Part shown: piece after piece, positions 47,854 to 58,557 of the stretch
Numbering within the stretch: position 1 is the first letter of the stretch
Layout: each line of letters begins with the position of its first letter
Assembly (NCBI GenBank): GCA_013359265.1
Contig: JABWCD010000015.1
Coordinates: 40,329-104,328, forward strand
DNA: 64,000 bases
Reading direction: 5' to 3'
DNA from: Candidatus Hydrogenedentota bacterium
GTDB lineage: Bacteria > Hydrogenedentota > Hydrogenedentia > Hydrogenedentales > SLHB01
Position numbers and translations under genes: made by a program
The notes under the pieces: model-generated
The model's database searches: none
Told to the model about the DNA's origin: nothing
Seen by the model: only the letters and a program-made list of their open reading frames with translations

Positions 47854-48819
47854 ATGTTGAGCCGAGTTGCCGATTCGATCTACTGGATGAACCGATACAT
47901 CGAGCGCGCGGACAATGTCGCGCGGTTCGTCGACGTCAATTACCATCTGCACCTCGACCTGCCGTCGATGAACGGTGAGCAGTGGGAAGCGCCGATTCAG
48001 ACGACCGGTGACTACGACGCGTTCGTCGGGCGGTTGGGCAAACCGACGCGCGAAACGGCGCTCCGCTTCCTGGCCTTCGATACCCTGAACCCAAACTCGA
48101 TCCTCTCGTGCCTTAGCGCTGCGCGCGAGAACGCGCGGACGATTCGCGAGATTATTCCGTCGGAAATCTGGGAGCACGTCAACACGTTCTACATCATGGT
48201 ACGTGAAGCCGTGCAAATGCGTTCGTTCTTCGATTCGCCGCACGAATTTCTCGAACAAGTCAAGAGCGAAAGCCACCTGTTCACCGGCATTACCGAAAAC
48301 TGCATGCCGCACGGGGAAGCCTGGCACTTCGCGCGTCTTGGCCGGTTCATCGAGCGGGCGGACAAGACGCTGCGCATTCTGGACGTCAAGACCTTTCTCG
48401 CGTTGCCGTCCCGGGTCGACGTAGGCGACGCCTTCGATTCCATCCAGTGGTCCGCGCTGCTGCGTTCGGTGAGCGCGTTCGAGGCCTACCGCAAACGCCA
48501 CGGCAGCATCGAGCCCGACCGCGTTGCGCAGTTTCTCGTGCTCGACCGCGAGTTTCCGCGCGCCGTGCTTTATTGCGTGCATGCCGCGGAAGACTCGCTC
48601 CACGCCATCTCACACACGCCGGAGGACTCCTTCAGCAACAGGGCGGAACAACGCATCGGCCAACTCGCTTCGGAACTGGCGTACGCCGATATTCAATCCA
48701 TTGTCACCGAAGGATTGCACGAGTATCTCGACGATTTGCAGCTCAAGCTCAACAAGGTAGGCGACGCGATCTTCGATACGTACTTTGCGCTGCATCCCGT
48801 GGAACCGGTGCGCAGGTAA
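47854..48819 (+). CDS. Alpha-E domain protein (DUF403)
   Basis: MLSRVADSIYWMNRYIERAD N-terminus is the hallmark of alpha-E proteins that follow CP-ATP-grasp genes. The ATG at 47854 is within listed ORF 47812..48819. Confidence 0.75.
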   Translation: MLSRVADSIYWMNRYIERADNVARFVDVNYHLHLDLPSMNGEQWEAPIQTTGDYDAFVGRLGKPTRETALRFLAFDTLNPNSILSCLSAARENARTIREIIPSEIWEHVNTFYIMVREAVQMRSFFDSPHEFLEQVKSESHLFTGITENCMPHGEAWHFARLGRFIERADKTLRILDVKTFLALPSRVDVGDAFDSIQWSALLRSVSAFEAYRKRHGSIEPDRVAQFLVLDREFPRAVLYCVHAAEDSLHAISHTPEDSFSNRAEQRIGQLASELAYADIQSIVTEGLHEYLDDLQLKLNKVGDAIFDTYFALHPVEPVRR

Positions 48820-48906
48820 TTCGGCATCACGATACCGAGGGGCGCGCACGCTTCCTGCTTCACGCTGCTCGTAATCGCACCCGATTCTCCGCGATAATCG
48901 GGCCAT

Positions 48907-49821
48907 ATGAAAGAACTGCTCGAACTTCGTGGTATTGTCACCGTCCTCAATACGCCATTCCTTAGTGACGACACGTTGGACCTCGATGGGGTCCGTCGAA
49001 ACGTAGCCTACGCGATCGATGCAGGCGTGGCGGGTTTTCTCGTTCCGGCGATGGCGTCCGAGGTAGGCAAGCTTTCCGCGCACGAGCGGTTGGCCGTTGT
49101 CGACTGCGTGGTAACGACCACGTCGGGACGGGTGCCGGTCATCGGCGGCGCATCCGCGCCCTGTCAGTCCGATCGGCTCGCGGCGGCGCGCGACCTAATC
49201 GGATTGGGCTGTGCGGGCATATTGGTCAGCATTCCGTACGAAAGCGATGAATCCTACCGCCGCGACGTGCACGGGTTGGCGGAGTTGCAGCCCAACTTTC
49301 TTATGCTGCAAGACTGGGATTTCACCGGAAGCGGACTTCCTCTTCCCTTGATTGTCCAATTGTTCGACGAGGTAGAGTCGTTTCGGTGCCTTAAGATAGA
49401 GACTGCTAATGCCGGCGCAAAGTACACAAATGTGCTGAATGCAACGGCGGGGCGCCTGCACGTTTCCGGCGGGTGGGCAGTGACGCAGATGATCGAAGGA
49501 CTCGACCGCGGCGTACACGCGTTCATGCCCACGGGATTGCACCGCGCGTATGCGCGCATATTCTCGCAATACGCTGAGGATGACCGCAGCGGCGCAGTCG
49601 CCTTGTTTCATCGGCTCTGCCCGATTCTCGCTTTCTCGAACCAACATCTCGACATCTCGATTCACTTCTTCAAACGCCTATTGCACACGCAGGGCATCTA
49701 CGCGACAGCGCGCGTGCGGAATCCGATTACGCCCTTCGACGCCTATCAGGAGCGCCGAGCGGCAGAACTCATCGCGCTGGCAGTCGAAATAGAAAACGAC
49801 CTTCGCGCTGTCATCGGGTAG
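48907..49821 (+). CDS. Dihydrodipicolinate synthase-family class I aldolase (DapA/NAL-like)
   Basis: TIM-barrel aldolase pattern with a candidate Schiff-base Lys in FRCLKIE and a (G/A)xxxE N-terminal motif (AMASEVG). Substrate not assignable. Confidence 0.6.
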   Translation: MKELLELRGIVTVLNTPFLSDDTLDLDGVRRNVAYAIDAGVAGFLVPAMASEVGKLSAHERLAVVDCVVTTTSGRVPVIGGASAPCQSDRLAAARDLIGLGCAGILVSIPYESDESYRRDVHGLAELQPNFLMLQDWDFTGSGLPLPLIVQLFDEVESFRCLKIETANAGAKYTNVLNATAGRLHVSGGWAVTQMIEGLDRGVHAFMPTGLHRAYARIFSQYAEDDRSGAVALFHRLCPILAFSNQHLDISIHFFKRLLHTQGIYATARVRNPITPFDAYQERRAAELIALAVEIENDLRAVIG

Positions 49822-49836
49822 CCTCGACACGCCTCA

Positions 49837-49866
49837 GTTGCCGACGCGACGGGTCGGCAACTTCTG
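49837..49866 (+). terminator. Rho-independent terminator-like hairpin (9-bp perfect stem GTTGCCGAC/GTCGGCAAC, 7-nt loop) then TTCTG
   Basis: cagttgccgacgcgacgggtcggcaacttctg lies directly after the aldolase stop. The T-tract is short. Confidence 0.45.
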
Positions 49867-50089
49867 CACAGTTCCATCCTTCTGGGAAAGTATTGCCGAT
49901 TACCTGTCGATGTCGATGGAAAAATTTGCCGATTTTTCTTGCTTCATCTAAAGCATTCTGCTAGCATAGGGCAAGATATGCCACTATGCCTGTGAATACC
50001 ACTATATATTGTGCGATGAAGCGAATTGGCGAGTCGGCACGGTTCGTGCCTTGCTGGCAGTGGGAATCTCGGCACGGAGTTCAGGGGAC

Positions 50090-53000
50090 ATGAGCGGACC
50101 TAACACCGGTAATCCGGCGAGCGGTGGCTCATCGCCGGTTCCTCGTTTCATCGACCAAGACGAGATAGACGCAGCCTTGGCGCAGGCGCAGTCGGTGACC
50201 AAGTCAGCCCCACCGCCCGGCAACGTGAAGCTTAGGCCCGAGGACGTCCCTGCCCCGCCACCGTTCGTGCCCGGAAATGACCTCGGCCTCTTGTCCCAGA
50301 ACGAGATCGACGCGGTACTGCATGGTCAAAAGTCGGGATCGCAATCCTCGACGCAGCCGCCGCAGGAATCCCAGGCTGTTGACCAGTCGGAGATCGACCG
50401 GCTTTTGGCAGCAGCCGAAGCGGACCCGACAAACTTCGCTGCCGCCGAACAGGCATTGCGAAAAGTCGAACAGGCCGATATCGACGCCTTGGCCGCGTCG
50501 GGCAACGCAGCGGATGCGTTGGGCGACGACACCCCGCTGGCGGGTATGGACCAGAACAATGCCACTCTGACTCAATCGGAATTGGACAAGCTGATTTCCG
50601 GTGGCGAACCGGAACAGCAATTGGGCGGCGGCGAACTGGACGCCGTGCTGTCGCCCATCGAACCGGTCGATCCGTCTGAGGCGGCAATTAGCGTGGATGC
50701 CGCGCCCGTAACGCTGGGGCAAGCCGAGCTGGAGGCCCTGCTTGCTGCGCACCCGATGGAGCGGGCCGAACCCGTCGCGCCACTACCCATCGCGACGCGG
50801 ACGGATGAAGACGACCCCGTCGAACGTGCGGCGCGCGAGAACGCGCAGGCGAACGTTGGCCTTGAGAACCTTGCCGCCGCCGTGCCGGACCCGACGGCAG
50901 GCGAACAGCCGCTCGCGCAAGACTTGATCGATTCGCTCTTGGCGCAGGCTGCGCAGGCCGCGGCGACGCCGGAAGCGCCACCCAAGGCCGCATCGGCCCC
51001 GCAAGGCGTGGACCTGAAACAAGGCGAGGCCGAGGCCGTCGCGCTTTCGGACGACGATTTTGCCGATTTAGGCATCTCGATGCCGACTCCGCAAGTGTCG
51101 CTCGTCAGTGAGCCGGCCGACGAGGCGCGGGAGCCGGCAGAAGACGCCTCTCCCGTCGTGCAACGGCGGCTCAATCGCGATGCAAAGTTCCCCGCGAAGG
51201 TCGCGGCGTCCATCGCGGCCGCGCTTGTGGTGGGAACGGGTACCTTTGCGTACTTATGGTCACAGCGGGCCACTCCGGAAACACTCGAAAAACCGGCCGC
51301 CGAAGTGGAACACCGCGACCTGGAAGAAGTTATTGCAGTCGCGCGCGAGTTGATGGGAAAGGGGGAATACGTGAGCGCGATGCGGGAGCTGGGCGCGGCA
51401 ATCCGCCATGCGGAACCGGGTCTGCTGCTGAACGAAGCGCGCTTCTTGCACGTCGAGGCCGGCTATCGATCGTTGCCGCCAAAGCCAAAAGCGGTCGATA
51501 TCGAGACGGTGCTGAAGAACATCGAGGACGTCATCGCGCTCGCGCCAAAGTACTCCCGCAACCCGGAGGCGCTCGAGTGGAAGGCGGAGTTGTACGAACG
51601 AACCGGCGCCATCACCACGGCGCGGGACACGTATGAGCGCATCCTGACAAACTATCCCACCACACCAAACCGGGACCACACGCTTCTGCAGCTCGCGCGG
51701 CTCGCGTTTCAATTGAATTACTTCGATGACGCTGAGAAGGCCTTGACGAGCATCGTTCAGGATTTTCCCGATTCGCCGCACAAGAGCGAAGCGCAGATGA
51801 TGCTCGCGAAGTGCTACGAGTCCACGGGCCGCGTGGCCGACGCAATCGCGACGTATGCGACGGTAGCGGCGGAGCGGACGGAATCGCGTGTCGGCGCGGA
51901 AGCGGCACTTGCGCTTTCGCGAATTGCCGATGCGTCGGGCGACACGCCAGGCGCGATCCGGGCGCTCGAGAACCGGCTGCAAACGTCGACAACAGTGGAC
52001 GGCAATGACGCCGTGTACGTGGAGCTCGCAAAGGCCTACCGCAAGGCCGGCAAACCGGCTGACGCCGTGCGCGTGGCGCGTGAGTTGCTCAATTTCTTTC
52101 CTGATAGTTCGCGCGTGCCTGAGGCTGTTGTCGAGCTGACCAAGGCCATGGACGAGAGCGGCGATTCCCGGCAGGCGATTGACCTGGCGCAACAGGCGGC
52201 GGAGCGTTTCGACAAGAACGCGGCCGTCGCAAAGAACCGCGCGCTGATGCTGAGCAAGACGAACGATACGCGGGCCGCGGCCGAAGCGCTGGTGAAGGCC
52301 GACGAACTGGGCGCGAACGATCCCGAGGTCTTGCTCGACGCCGGCCGGAAGTATTCGGAACTTGCGGAAAAAGAAAAAGCGCTGGAAGTATTCAACAAGG
52401 TCATCGAGAAATATCCGGACACTGAGCAGGCAGTCGAGGCAGGCGTCGCATTGGGCCGCGAGCAGTATGCGGCCGGCGATATCGCGGGCGCGATCGATCG
52501 GCTTATGGCGCTGACCGAAGCGCCCAATGCGTCCAGCAAGCAACTCGCCATTCAGTCCGCCCTCGGCGATATCTATACGGACCTCGGCCTGAAGAAGCGT
52601 GCGACCGCCGCGTACGAACAGGTCGCCTCGCTCGCAACCGATCCGGAAACGCTCGCGCACGCGGCGACTGTGTTGCTCGAAAATGGGGCGATCGGTTCCG
52701 CGCTTCCCGTGATTCGTAAAGTGGACACGGCACGGTTGCCGTCAAAAGCCGGTTTCGATTTTCTCATGGCGCAAGGCCGCGCCATGCTTGACCTCGACGC
52801 GGTGGCGGCGCTCGACAAGATGCAACAGGCGTTCGAGCTGTATCCCGTCGAGCGGACACCCGAAGACTTCGAGTACCTCGTGCGGGCCTGCCTCGAAACC
52901 GGCAAGACGGCGCACGCGCGCATCCTCGTGAGCGATTTCGACACCTACGTCGAGAAACACCCGGAAGAACGAGAGCGATTGCAGCGAACCGCCGCGCTGT

Positions 53001-53326
53001 GGGGCGACGCATTGTTTAACGCGGGCGATTACCGCGGAGCGTTGGACGCGTACGCGCTCGCAGTCCCACCGGCGCCGGAACCCGCGCAGGACGACGAGGA
53101 ACCCGCCGGCGAGGCGACCGCGCCGTCGGGCGATGCGCTTTGGGCCACGTTTCAGCGTGCGAACGCGATGCTGAAACTGGACGATTACGCGAGCAGCATT
53201 CCCATCCTGGACGAGCTCGCGTCGGGCGATACGCCTTACGCGGAGGATGCGCGTATCAAGGCGGAGTATGCGCGGCTCGAACAACGCTTGCGCGGCGGCG
53301 GCGCCGTGATCGCCGAGGGCGGGTAG
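50090..53326 (+). CDS. Large membrane-anchored TPR-repeat protein with an N-terminal low-complexity region carrying ~7 tandem 'SQxEIDAxL' motifs (FliM-N/CheY-docking-like)
   Basis: Motifs: FIDQDEIDAALAQ, LSQNEIDAVLHGQ, DQSEIDRLLAAA, EQADIDALAAS, TQSELDKLISGG, GGGELDAVLSP, GQAELEALLAAH. Single TM helix VAASIAAALVVGTGTFAYLW at ~380-400. Then >600 aa of TPR-like helical repeats. The listed ORF begins at TTG 50009; the first ATG is 50090. Confidence 0.75.
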   Translation: MSGPNTGNPASGGSSPVPRFIDQDEIDAALAQAQSVTKSAPPPGNVKLRPEDVPAPPPFVPGNDLGLLSQNEIDAVLHGQKSGSQSSTQPPQESQAVDQSEIDRLLAAAEADPTNFAAAEQALRKVEQADIDALAASGNAADALGDDTPLAGMDQNNATLTQSELDKLISGGEPEQQLGGGELDAVLSPIEPVDPSEAAISVDAAPVTLGQAELEALLAAHPMERAEPVAPLPIATRTDEDDPVERAARENAQANVGLENLAAAVPDPTAGEQPLAQDLIDSLLAQAAQAAATPEAPPKAASAPQGVDLKQGEAEAVALSDDDFADLGISMPTPQVSLVSEPADEAREPAEDASPVVQRRLNRDAKFPAKVAASIAAALVVGTGTFAYLWSQRATPETLEKPAAEVEHRDLEEVIAVARELMGKGEYVSAMRELGAAIRHAEPGLLLNEARFLHVEAGYRSLPPKPKAVDIETVLKNIEDVIALAPKYSRNPEALEWKAELYERTGAITTARDTYERILTNYPTTPNRDHTLLQLARLAFQLNYFDDAEKALTSIVQDFPDSPHKSEAQMMLAKCYESTGRVADAIATYATVAAERTESRVGAEAALALSRIADASGDTPGAIRALENRLQTSTTVDGNDAVYVELAKAYRKAGKPADAVRVARELLNFFPDSSRVPEAVVELTKAMDESGDSRQAIDLAQQAAERFDKNAAVAKNRALMLSKTNDTRAAAEALVKADELGANDPEVLLDAGRKYSELAEKEKALEVFNKVIEKYPDTEQAVEAGVALGREQYAAGDIAGAIDRLMALTEAPNASSKQLAIQSALGDIYTDLGLKKRATAAYEQVASLATDPETLAHAATVLLENGAIGSALPVIRKVDTARLPSKAGFDFLMAQGRAMLDLDAVAALDKMQQAFELYPVERTPEDFEYLVRACLETGKTAHARILVSDFDTYVEKHPEERERLQRTAALWGDALFNAGDYRGALDAYALAVPPAPEPAQDDEEPAGEATAPSGDALWATFQRANAMLKLDDYASSIPILDELASGDTPYAEDARIKAEYARLEQRLRGGGAVIAEGG

Positions 53327-53758
53327 ATGACGGGCATCGTCGAGCGCATCAGCGACTATTTCGCGCGGCAAATCGCACTTTACAAGCAAATGCTCGCGGA
53401 ACAGGACCAAATTCTCGCGCTGCTGAACGCGGGCGAATTGGAGGACGCCGAGAAGCTCGCGTCCGCCCATGCGCGCGAAAGCGCCGCCCTCGAACAGGAG
53501 TTTCACGCGCTGCTGCGCGAATGGAATTCGAAGTTGCACGGCGCGGAAGAGTATGCGCCGGTCCGCGCGCTCGCCGCGGAGGCGGCGCGCCTCGCCGGGC
53601 GCCTCGAGGAATTCGTAACCGTCGCAGCGGGTAACGCGCGCGAACGGCGCGAGGCCGTAAAACGCGAGTGGGAGGCGATCCGGCGCGGACAAAACGTAAT
53701 CGACCGGTACAGGACCATCGACCCCAGTGAATTCGATCGCATCGACAAACGCGCCTAG
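53327..53758 (+). CDS. Small all-helical hypothetical protein (FlgN-like/chaperone-like), translationally coupled to the TPR gene
   Basis: TAG-ATG junction with the upstream gene. 143 aa. Heptad-rich, acidic. Confidence 0.55.
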   Translation: MTGIVERISDYFARQIALYKQMLAEQDQILALLNAGELEDAEKLASAHARESAALEQEFHALLREWNSKLHGAEEYAPVRALAAEAARLAGRLEEFVTVAAGNARERREAVKREWEAIRRGQNVIDRYRTIDPSEFDRIDKRA

Positions 53759-54923
53759 CGCGCAAGGATTGACGCCGTTTGGGCAGGACGCGGACATCCG
53801 CGCCCTCGCGGACGCGTTCGAAATCTTCACACGCACGACGCAGACGATGGAAGAGTCCTATCGCCGGCTCGAAGCGCGCCTCCAAGAGCTCGATCGCGAA
53901 CTGGAATCGAAGAACCGCGAACTCGCAATCACGACCGACTACCTTAGTTCGATCATGGAAAGCATGTCCGACGGCGTCATTGCGGTTGACACGCTGGGAA
54001 TCGTGACCACGTTCAACACCGCGGCGAGTCGCGTGCTCGGCTACGATGCGCGCGACGCCGTCGGCCAGCCGTTTATCGACGTGTTTGGGCGCGAGTTTGC
54101 CGTGCCGTCCGGCCGGCACGGGCGGGAATTGCGCGCGGAGGACGGACGCGCGGTGCGGGTCAGCGAATGCGATTCGCCGCTGTTCGATCGATCGCTACGG
54201 CGCATCGGCACAGTAAAGGTTTTTCAGGACCAAACCGAGATCGAATCCCTGCGCACACGGCTACAACATCAGGATCGCCTTGCGGCGATTGGACAGATGG
54301 CGGCGACGGTCGCGCACGAAATTCGCAATCCGCTCGGGGGCATTCGCGGGTTTGCCGCGTTGCTTGCGCGCGATATTGTCGACGAGGATCCCCGCGCGCG
54401 GCTCGTCGAGAAAATCCTTGCTGGCGCAAAGGCACTCGAACGCGTCGTCACCGATCTGCTCGAGTTTACGCGGCCGCTGCAACTCCGGCGGCAATCGGTT
54501 CCGCTGCGCGAATTGGTCACGTCCGCGCTCAGCTATGTGGACCGTGGCGCACGGACTCTATCGATCGAGAATGCGGTAAGTGGGTCTGTGCATGTTGCCG
54601 GCGACCCCGACAAGCTGAGGCAGGTGCTGCTGAATTTGCTGTTGAACGCCGTGCAAAGCATCCAGCAGGACGGTCAGATTCGGATTGAATCTGCGCTGGT
54701 GGATGGATGGATCGAACTGCGCGTAATCGACGACGGGTGTGGCATGACGCCGCGGCAATTGGAACAGATATTTTCGCCGTTCTTCACGACGAAGGAAAAA
54801 GGCACAGGACTTGGGCTGGCAATCGCGTTGAAAATCGTCGAGGCACATGGAGGTCGTGTAGCGGCGACGAGCGCGCCGGGCGCGGGGTCCACCTTTACTA
54901 TCGCGTTACCGCGGGCGGAGTGA
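53727..54923 (+). CDS. PAS-domain sensor histidine kinase (NtrB/AtoS-like, cytoplasmic)
   Basis: PAS (IMESMSDGVIAVD). H-box HEIRNPLGGIRG. N, G1 and G2 boxes (GTGLGLAI). GTG start overlaps the upstream ORF; the start is uncertain. Confidence 0.8.
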   Translation: MNSIASTNAPSAQGLTPFGQDADIRALADAFEIFTRTTQTMEESYRRLEARLQELDRELESKNRELAITTDYLSSIMESMSDGVIAVDTLGIVTTFNTAASRVLGYDARDAVGQPFIDVFGREFAVPSGRHGRELRAEDGRAVRVSECDSPLFDRSLRRIGTVKVFQDQTEIESLRTRLQHQDRLAAIGQMAATVAHEIRNPLGGIRGFAALLARDIVDEDPRARLVEKILAGAKALERVVTDLLEFTRPLQLRRQSVPLRELVTSALSYVDRGARTLSIENAVSGSVHVAGDPDKLRQVLLNLLLNAVQSIQQDGQIRIESALVDGWIELRVIDDGCGMTPRQLEQIFSPFFTTKEKGTGLGLAIALKIVEAHGGRVAATSAPGAGSTFTIALPRAE

Positions 54924-54925
54924 AT

Positions 54926-56281
<1,356 letters not shown>

Positions 56282-56291
56282 CCGGTAGCGG

Positions 56292-56780
56292 TCATTCGAG
56301 TGACCGCGTGATTTTTCCCGCGTGTACTTGGCAAATGGCGAGTGCGAGTGCGTCAGCAGCGTCGTCGGGGCGAGGCGCCGCGTCGAGGTTGAGCAGAATC
56401 TTGATCATGTTCTGCACTTGCTGCTTCGTCGCCTTGCCGTAGCCGACAACGGCGTTCTTCACCTCCAGCGGGCTGAACTCGCCGATCGGCAGGCCCGCCA
56501 TTTCCGCGGCGAGCGCGATGACGCCGCGCGATTGCGCCACGGAAATTCCGGTGGTCACGTTGCGCGAGAAGTAGAGCTTTTCTACCGCGACGGCGTCGGG
56601 GCGGTATTCAGCGATGAGGCGCGCGGTTTCCTCGTGGATCGTGTGCAGGCGCGCGGAGAAGGGCGTATTCGCGGGGGTCGAGATGACGCCGTGCGCAATG
56701 TGCGTGAGCCGCGTGCCCTTGCCCTCGACGACACCGTAGCCGGTCGTCGCGGTACCCGGGTCGAACCCCAGCACGCGCAT
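56292..56780 (-). CDS. ruvC: Holliday junction resolvase RuvC
   Basis: MRVLGFDPGTATTGYGV N-terminus and catalytic acidic residues. 162 aa. Confidence 0.9.
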   Translation of the reverse strand: MRVLGFDPGTATTGYGVVEGKGTRLTHIAHGVISTPANTPFSARLHTIHEETARLIAEYRPDAVAVEKLYFSRNVTTGISVAQSRGVIALAAEMAGLPIGEFSPLEVKNAVVGYGKATKQQVQNMIKILLNLDAAPRPDDAADALALAICQVHAGKITRSLE

Positions 56781-56785
56781 GCGGG

Positions 56786-57535
56786 CTAGTTCATGGCCGC
56801 GGCCATGTCCTCGTCGGAAATATCGAAGTTCGCATAGAAATCTTGCACGTCGTCGTTATCTTCGAGCGATTCCATCAGCCGCAGAATCGCTCCGACGTTT
56901 GCGCCCTCGACTTTAACCGTCGTCTTCGGAATCATGGTCAGTTTCGCTTCTTCAACCTTGATGCCCATCTGCTCGAGCGCGTTGACAACGGCGTGAAGGT
57001 CGGCATCGAGTGTCTTCAACTCGTACATGTCGCCATCGGTGTCGACGTCTTCGGCGCCGGCCTCGATGGCCTTCTCGAAGATTTCGTCGTCCGTCAAGCC
57101 TGTTTTCGCAACGGTAATGAGACCTTTGCGGTCGAAATTCCAACCGACCGCGCCCGCCTCAGCCATGGCGCCATTGTTCTTCGTGAAGATATGGCGAATC
57201 TCGGACACGGTGCGGTTCTTGTTGTCGGTAAGGACATCCACGAGGACGGCGACGCCCGCGGGGCCATAGGCCTCATAGCGCGTCTCTTCGTACACGACTC
57301 CGGGGATTTCGCCGGTCCCTTTCTTAATGGCGCGATCGATGTTGTCCTTGGGCATGTTTTGTCCGCGCGCGGCGAGCAGTACCGTGCGCAGGCGCGGGTT
57401 CGCGTTCGGGTCGCCCCCGCCGAGTTTTGCGGCGACGGTGATTTCCTTGGCCAATTTCGAGAATATCTTGCCGCGCTTGGCGTCCAGCGCGCCCTTCTTG
57501 CGCTTGATGGTGCTCCACTTGCTATGTCCGGACAT
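56786..57535 (-). CDS. yebC: YebC/PmpR-family DNA-binding transcriptional regulator
   Basis: [32 protein letters not shown] is a near-invariant family N-terminus. The start is set at the internal ATG 57535 rather than the listed 57628. Confidence 0.9.
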   Translation of the reverse strand: MSGHSKWSTIKRKKGALDAKRGKIFSKLAKEITVAAKLGGGDPNANPRLRTVLLAARGQNMPKDNIDRAIKKGTGEIPGVVYEETRYEAYGPAGVAVLVDVLTDNKNRTVSEIRHIFTKNNGAMAEAGAVGWNFDRKGLITVAKTGLTDDEIFEKAIEAGAEDVDTDGDMYELKTLDADLHAVVNALEQMGIKVEEAKLTMIPKTTVKVEGANVGAILRLMESLEDNDDVQDFYANFDISDEDMAAAMN

Positions 57536-57682
57536 GACTACCCTTCTGCGCGGCGCGGGGCCGCATTTGCCCTTCAAAGACCCGATTTTGCGGCACACAG
57601 TATACCAACCGATGCCGTTTGCGCGCAATTCCCGCGAGGACTATAGTTCACACAAGCTGCGGCAATTACGTGGGTATCGATC

Positions 57683-58504
57683 ATGGCCAATCCGCTCAAA
57701 GTAGTCACGAACTACTACCAGCATTTCAGCGCGGACTTCACGCTGCCGGTGCCGGAACATGGGTTCGGCGGGTGGAAGAAGGCTGAGCTGGAATTCGCAC
57801 CGGACCACACCGCGGTCGTAGTGATGCACGCGTGGGACTGCGGGACCTACGAGCAGTTCCCTGGGTGGCATTGCGCGGTGCCGTATATTCCGCGCGCGGC
57901 GGACGTGGCGAAACATGTGTTCCCCGAACTGCTGAGTGCGGTGCGTAAATCGCCGCTGCCGCTGATGCATGTCGTAAGCAGCGCGGGTTACTACAAGAAG
58001 TATCCCGGTCACAAGGCGGCCGTTGATCTGGCGGGGCCCGCGCCGGACGGGCCGGAGCATGCGGCATCGGACCCGTTGCGCGACAAATTGTCGGAGTTCA
58101 AGCAGGCGCATGTGTTTCCGGGGACTGCGAACCTCGCGGACATCGATAAGGGATTCGGCCGGCTCGATTTCGATCCGTATGCAAGACCGCTGGACAACGA
58201 GTACATCTGCGAGGATGGACACCAATTGTTTGCCGTGTGCAAAAAGCTCGGCGTGAACCATTTGATCTATGCGGGATTCGCGATCGACGGATGTCTGCTG
58301 ATCTCGCCCGGCGGAATGGTGGACATGAACCAGCGCGGGCTGATGTGCTCCGCGATTCGGCAGGCAGTTGTTGCGATTGAAAGCAAGGAGTCGGCGCACA
58401 ATCAGTTCGCGAAAGAACTGGCGTTGTGGCGCGTGGCGCTGCTGTTCGGGTTTGTGTTCGATGCGGACGATTTCACACGGGCACTGAAAGCCTACGAGAA
58501 TTAG
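57683..58504 (+). CDS. Hypothetical protein (possible isochorismatase-like cysteine-hydrolase fold)
   Basis: 273 aa. VVVMHAWDCG and LIYAGFAIDGCLL segments loosely resemble the isochorismatase-fold Asp/Cys regions. Weak. Confidence 0.35.
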   Translation: MANPLKVVTNYYQHFSADFTLPVPEHGFGGWKKAELEFAPDHTAVVVMHAWDCGTYEQFPGWHCAVPYIPRAADVAKHVFPELLSAVRKSPLPLMHVVSSAGYYKKYPGHKAAVDLAGPAPDGPEHAASDPLRDKLSEFKQAHVFPGTANLADIDKGFGRLDFDPYARPLDNEYICEDGHQLFAVCKKLGVNHLIYAGFAIDGCLLISPGGMVDMNQRGLMCSAIRQAVVAIESKESAHNQFAKELALWRVALLFGFVFDADDFTRALKAYEN

Positions 58505-58557
58505 GTTGGAATCGATCTACCGACCAAAAGAATCTTAGCAGGAGCGCAACGCCCCAC

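Noticed and set aside
51260-52660. 466-aa minus-strand ORF (and 52742..53836) antisense to the TPR gene
   Set aside because: Arg/Leu-rich low-complexity antisense to a gene with clear TPR periodicity.
54707-54925. Upstream extension of the sigma-54 regulator ORF
   Set aside because: It overlaps the histidine kinase C-terminus. The ATG at 54926 with a GGAG RBS gives the canonical receiver N-terminus (MAKAAILVIDDE).
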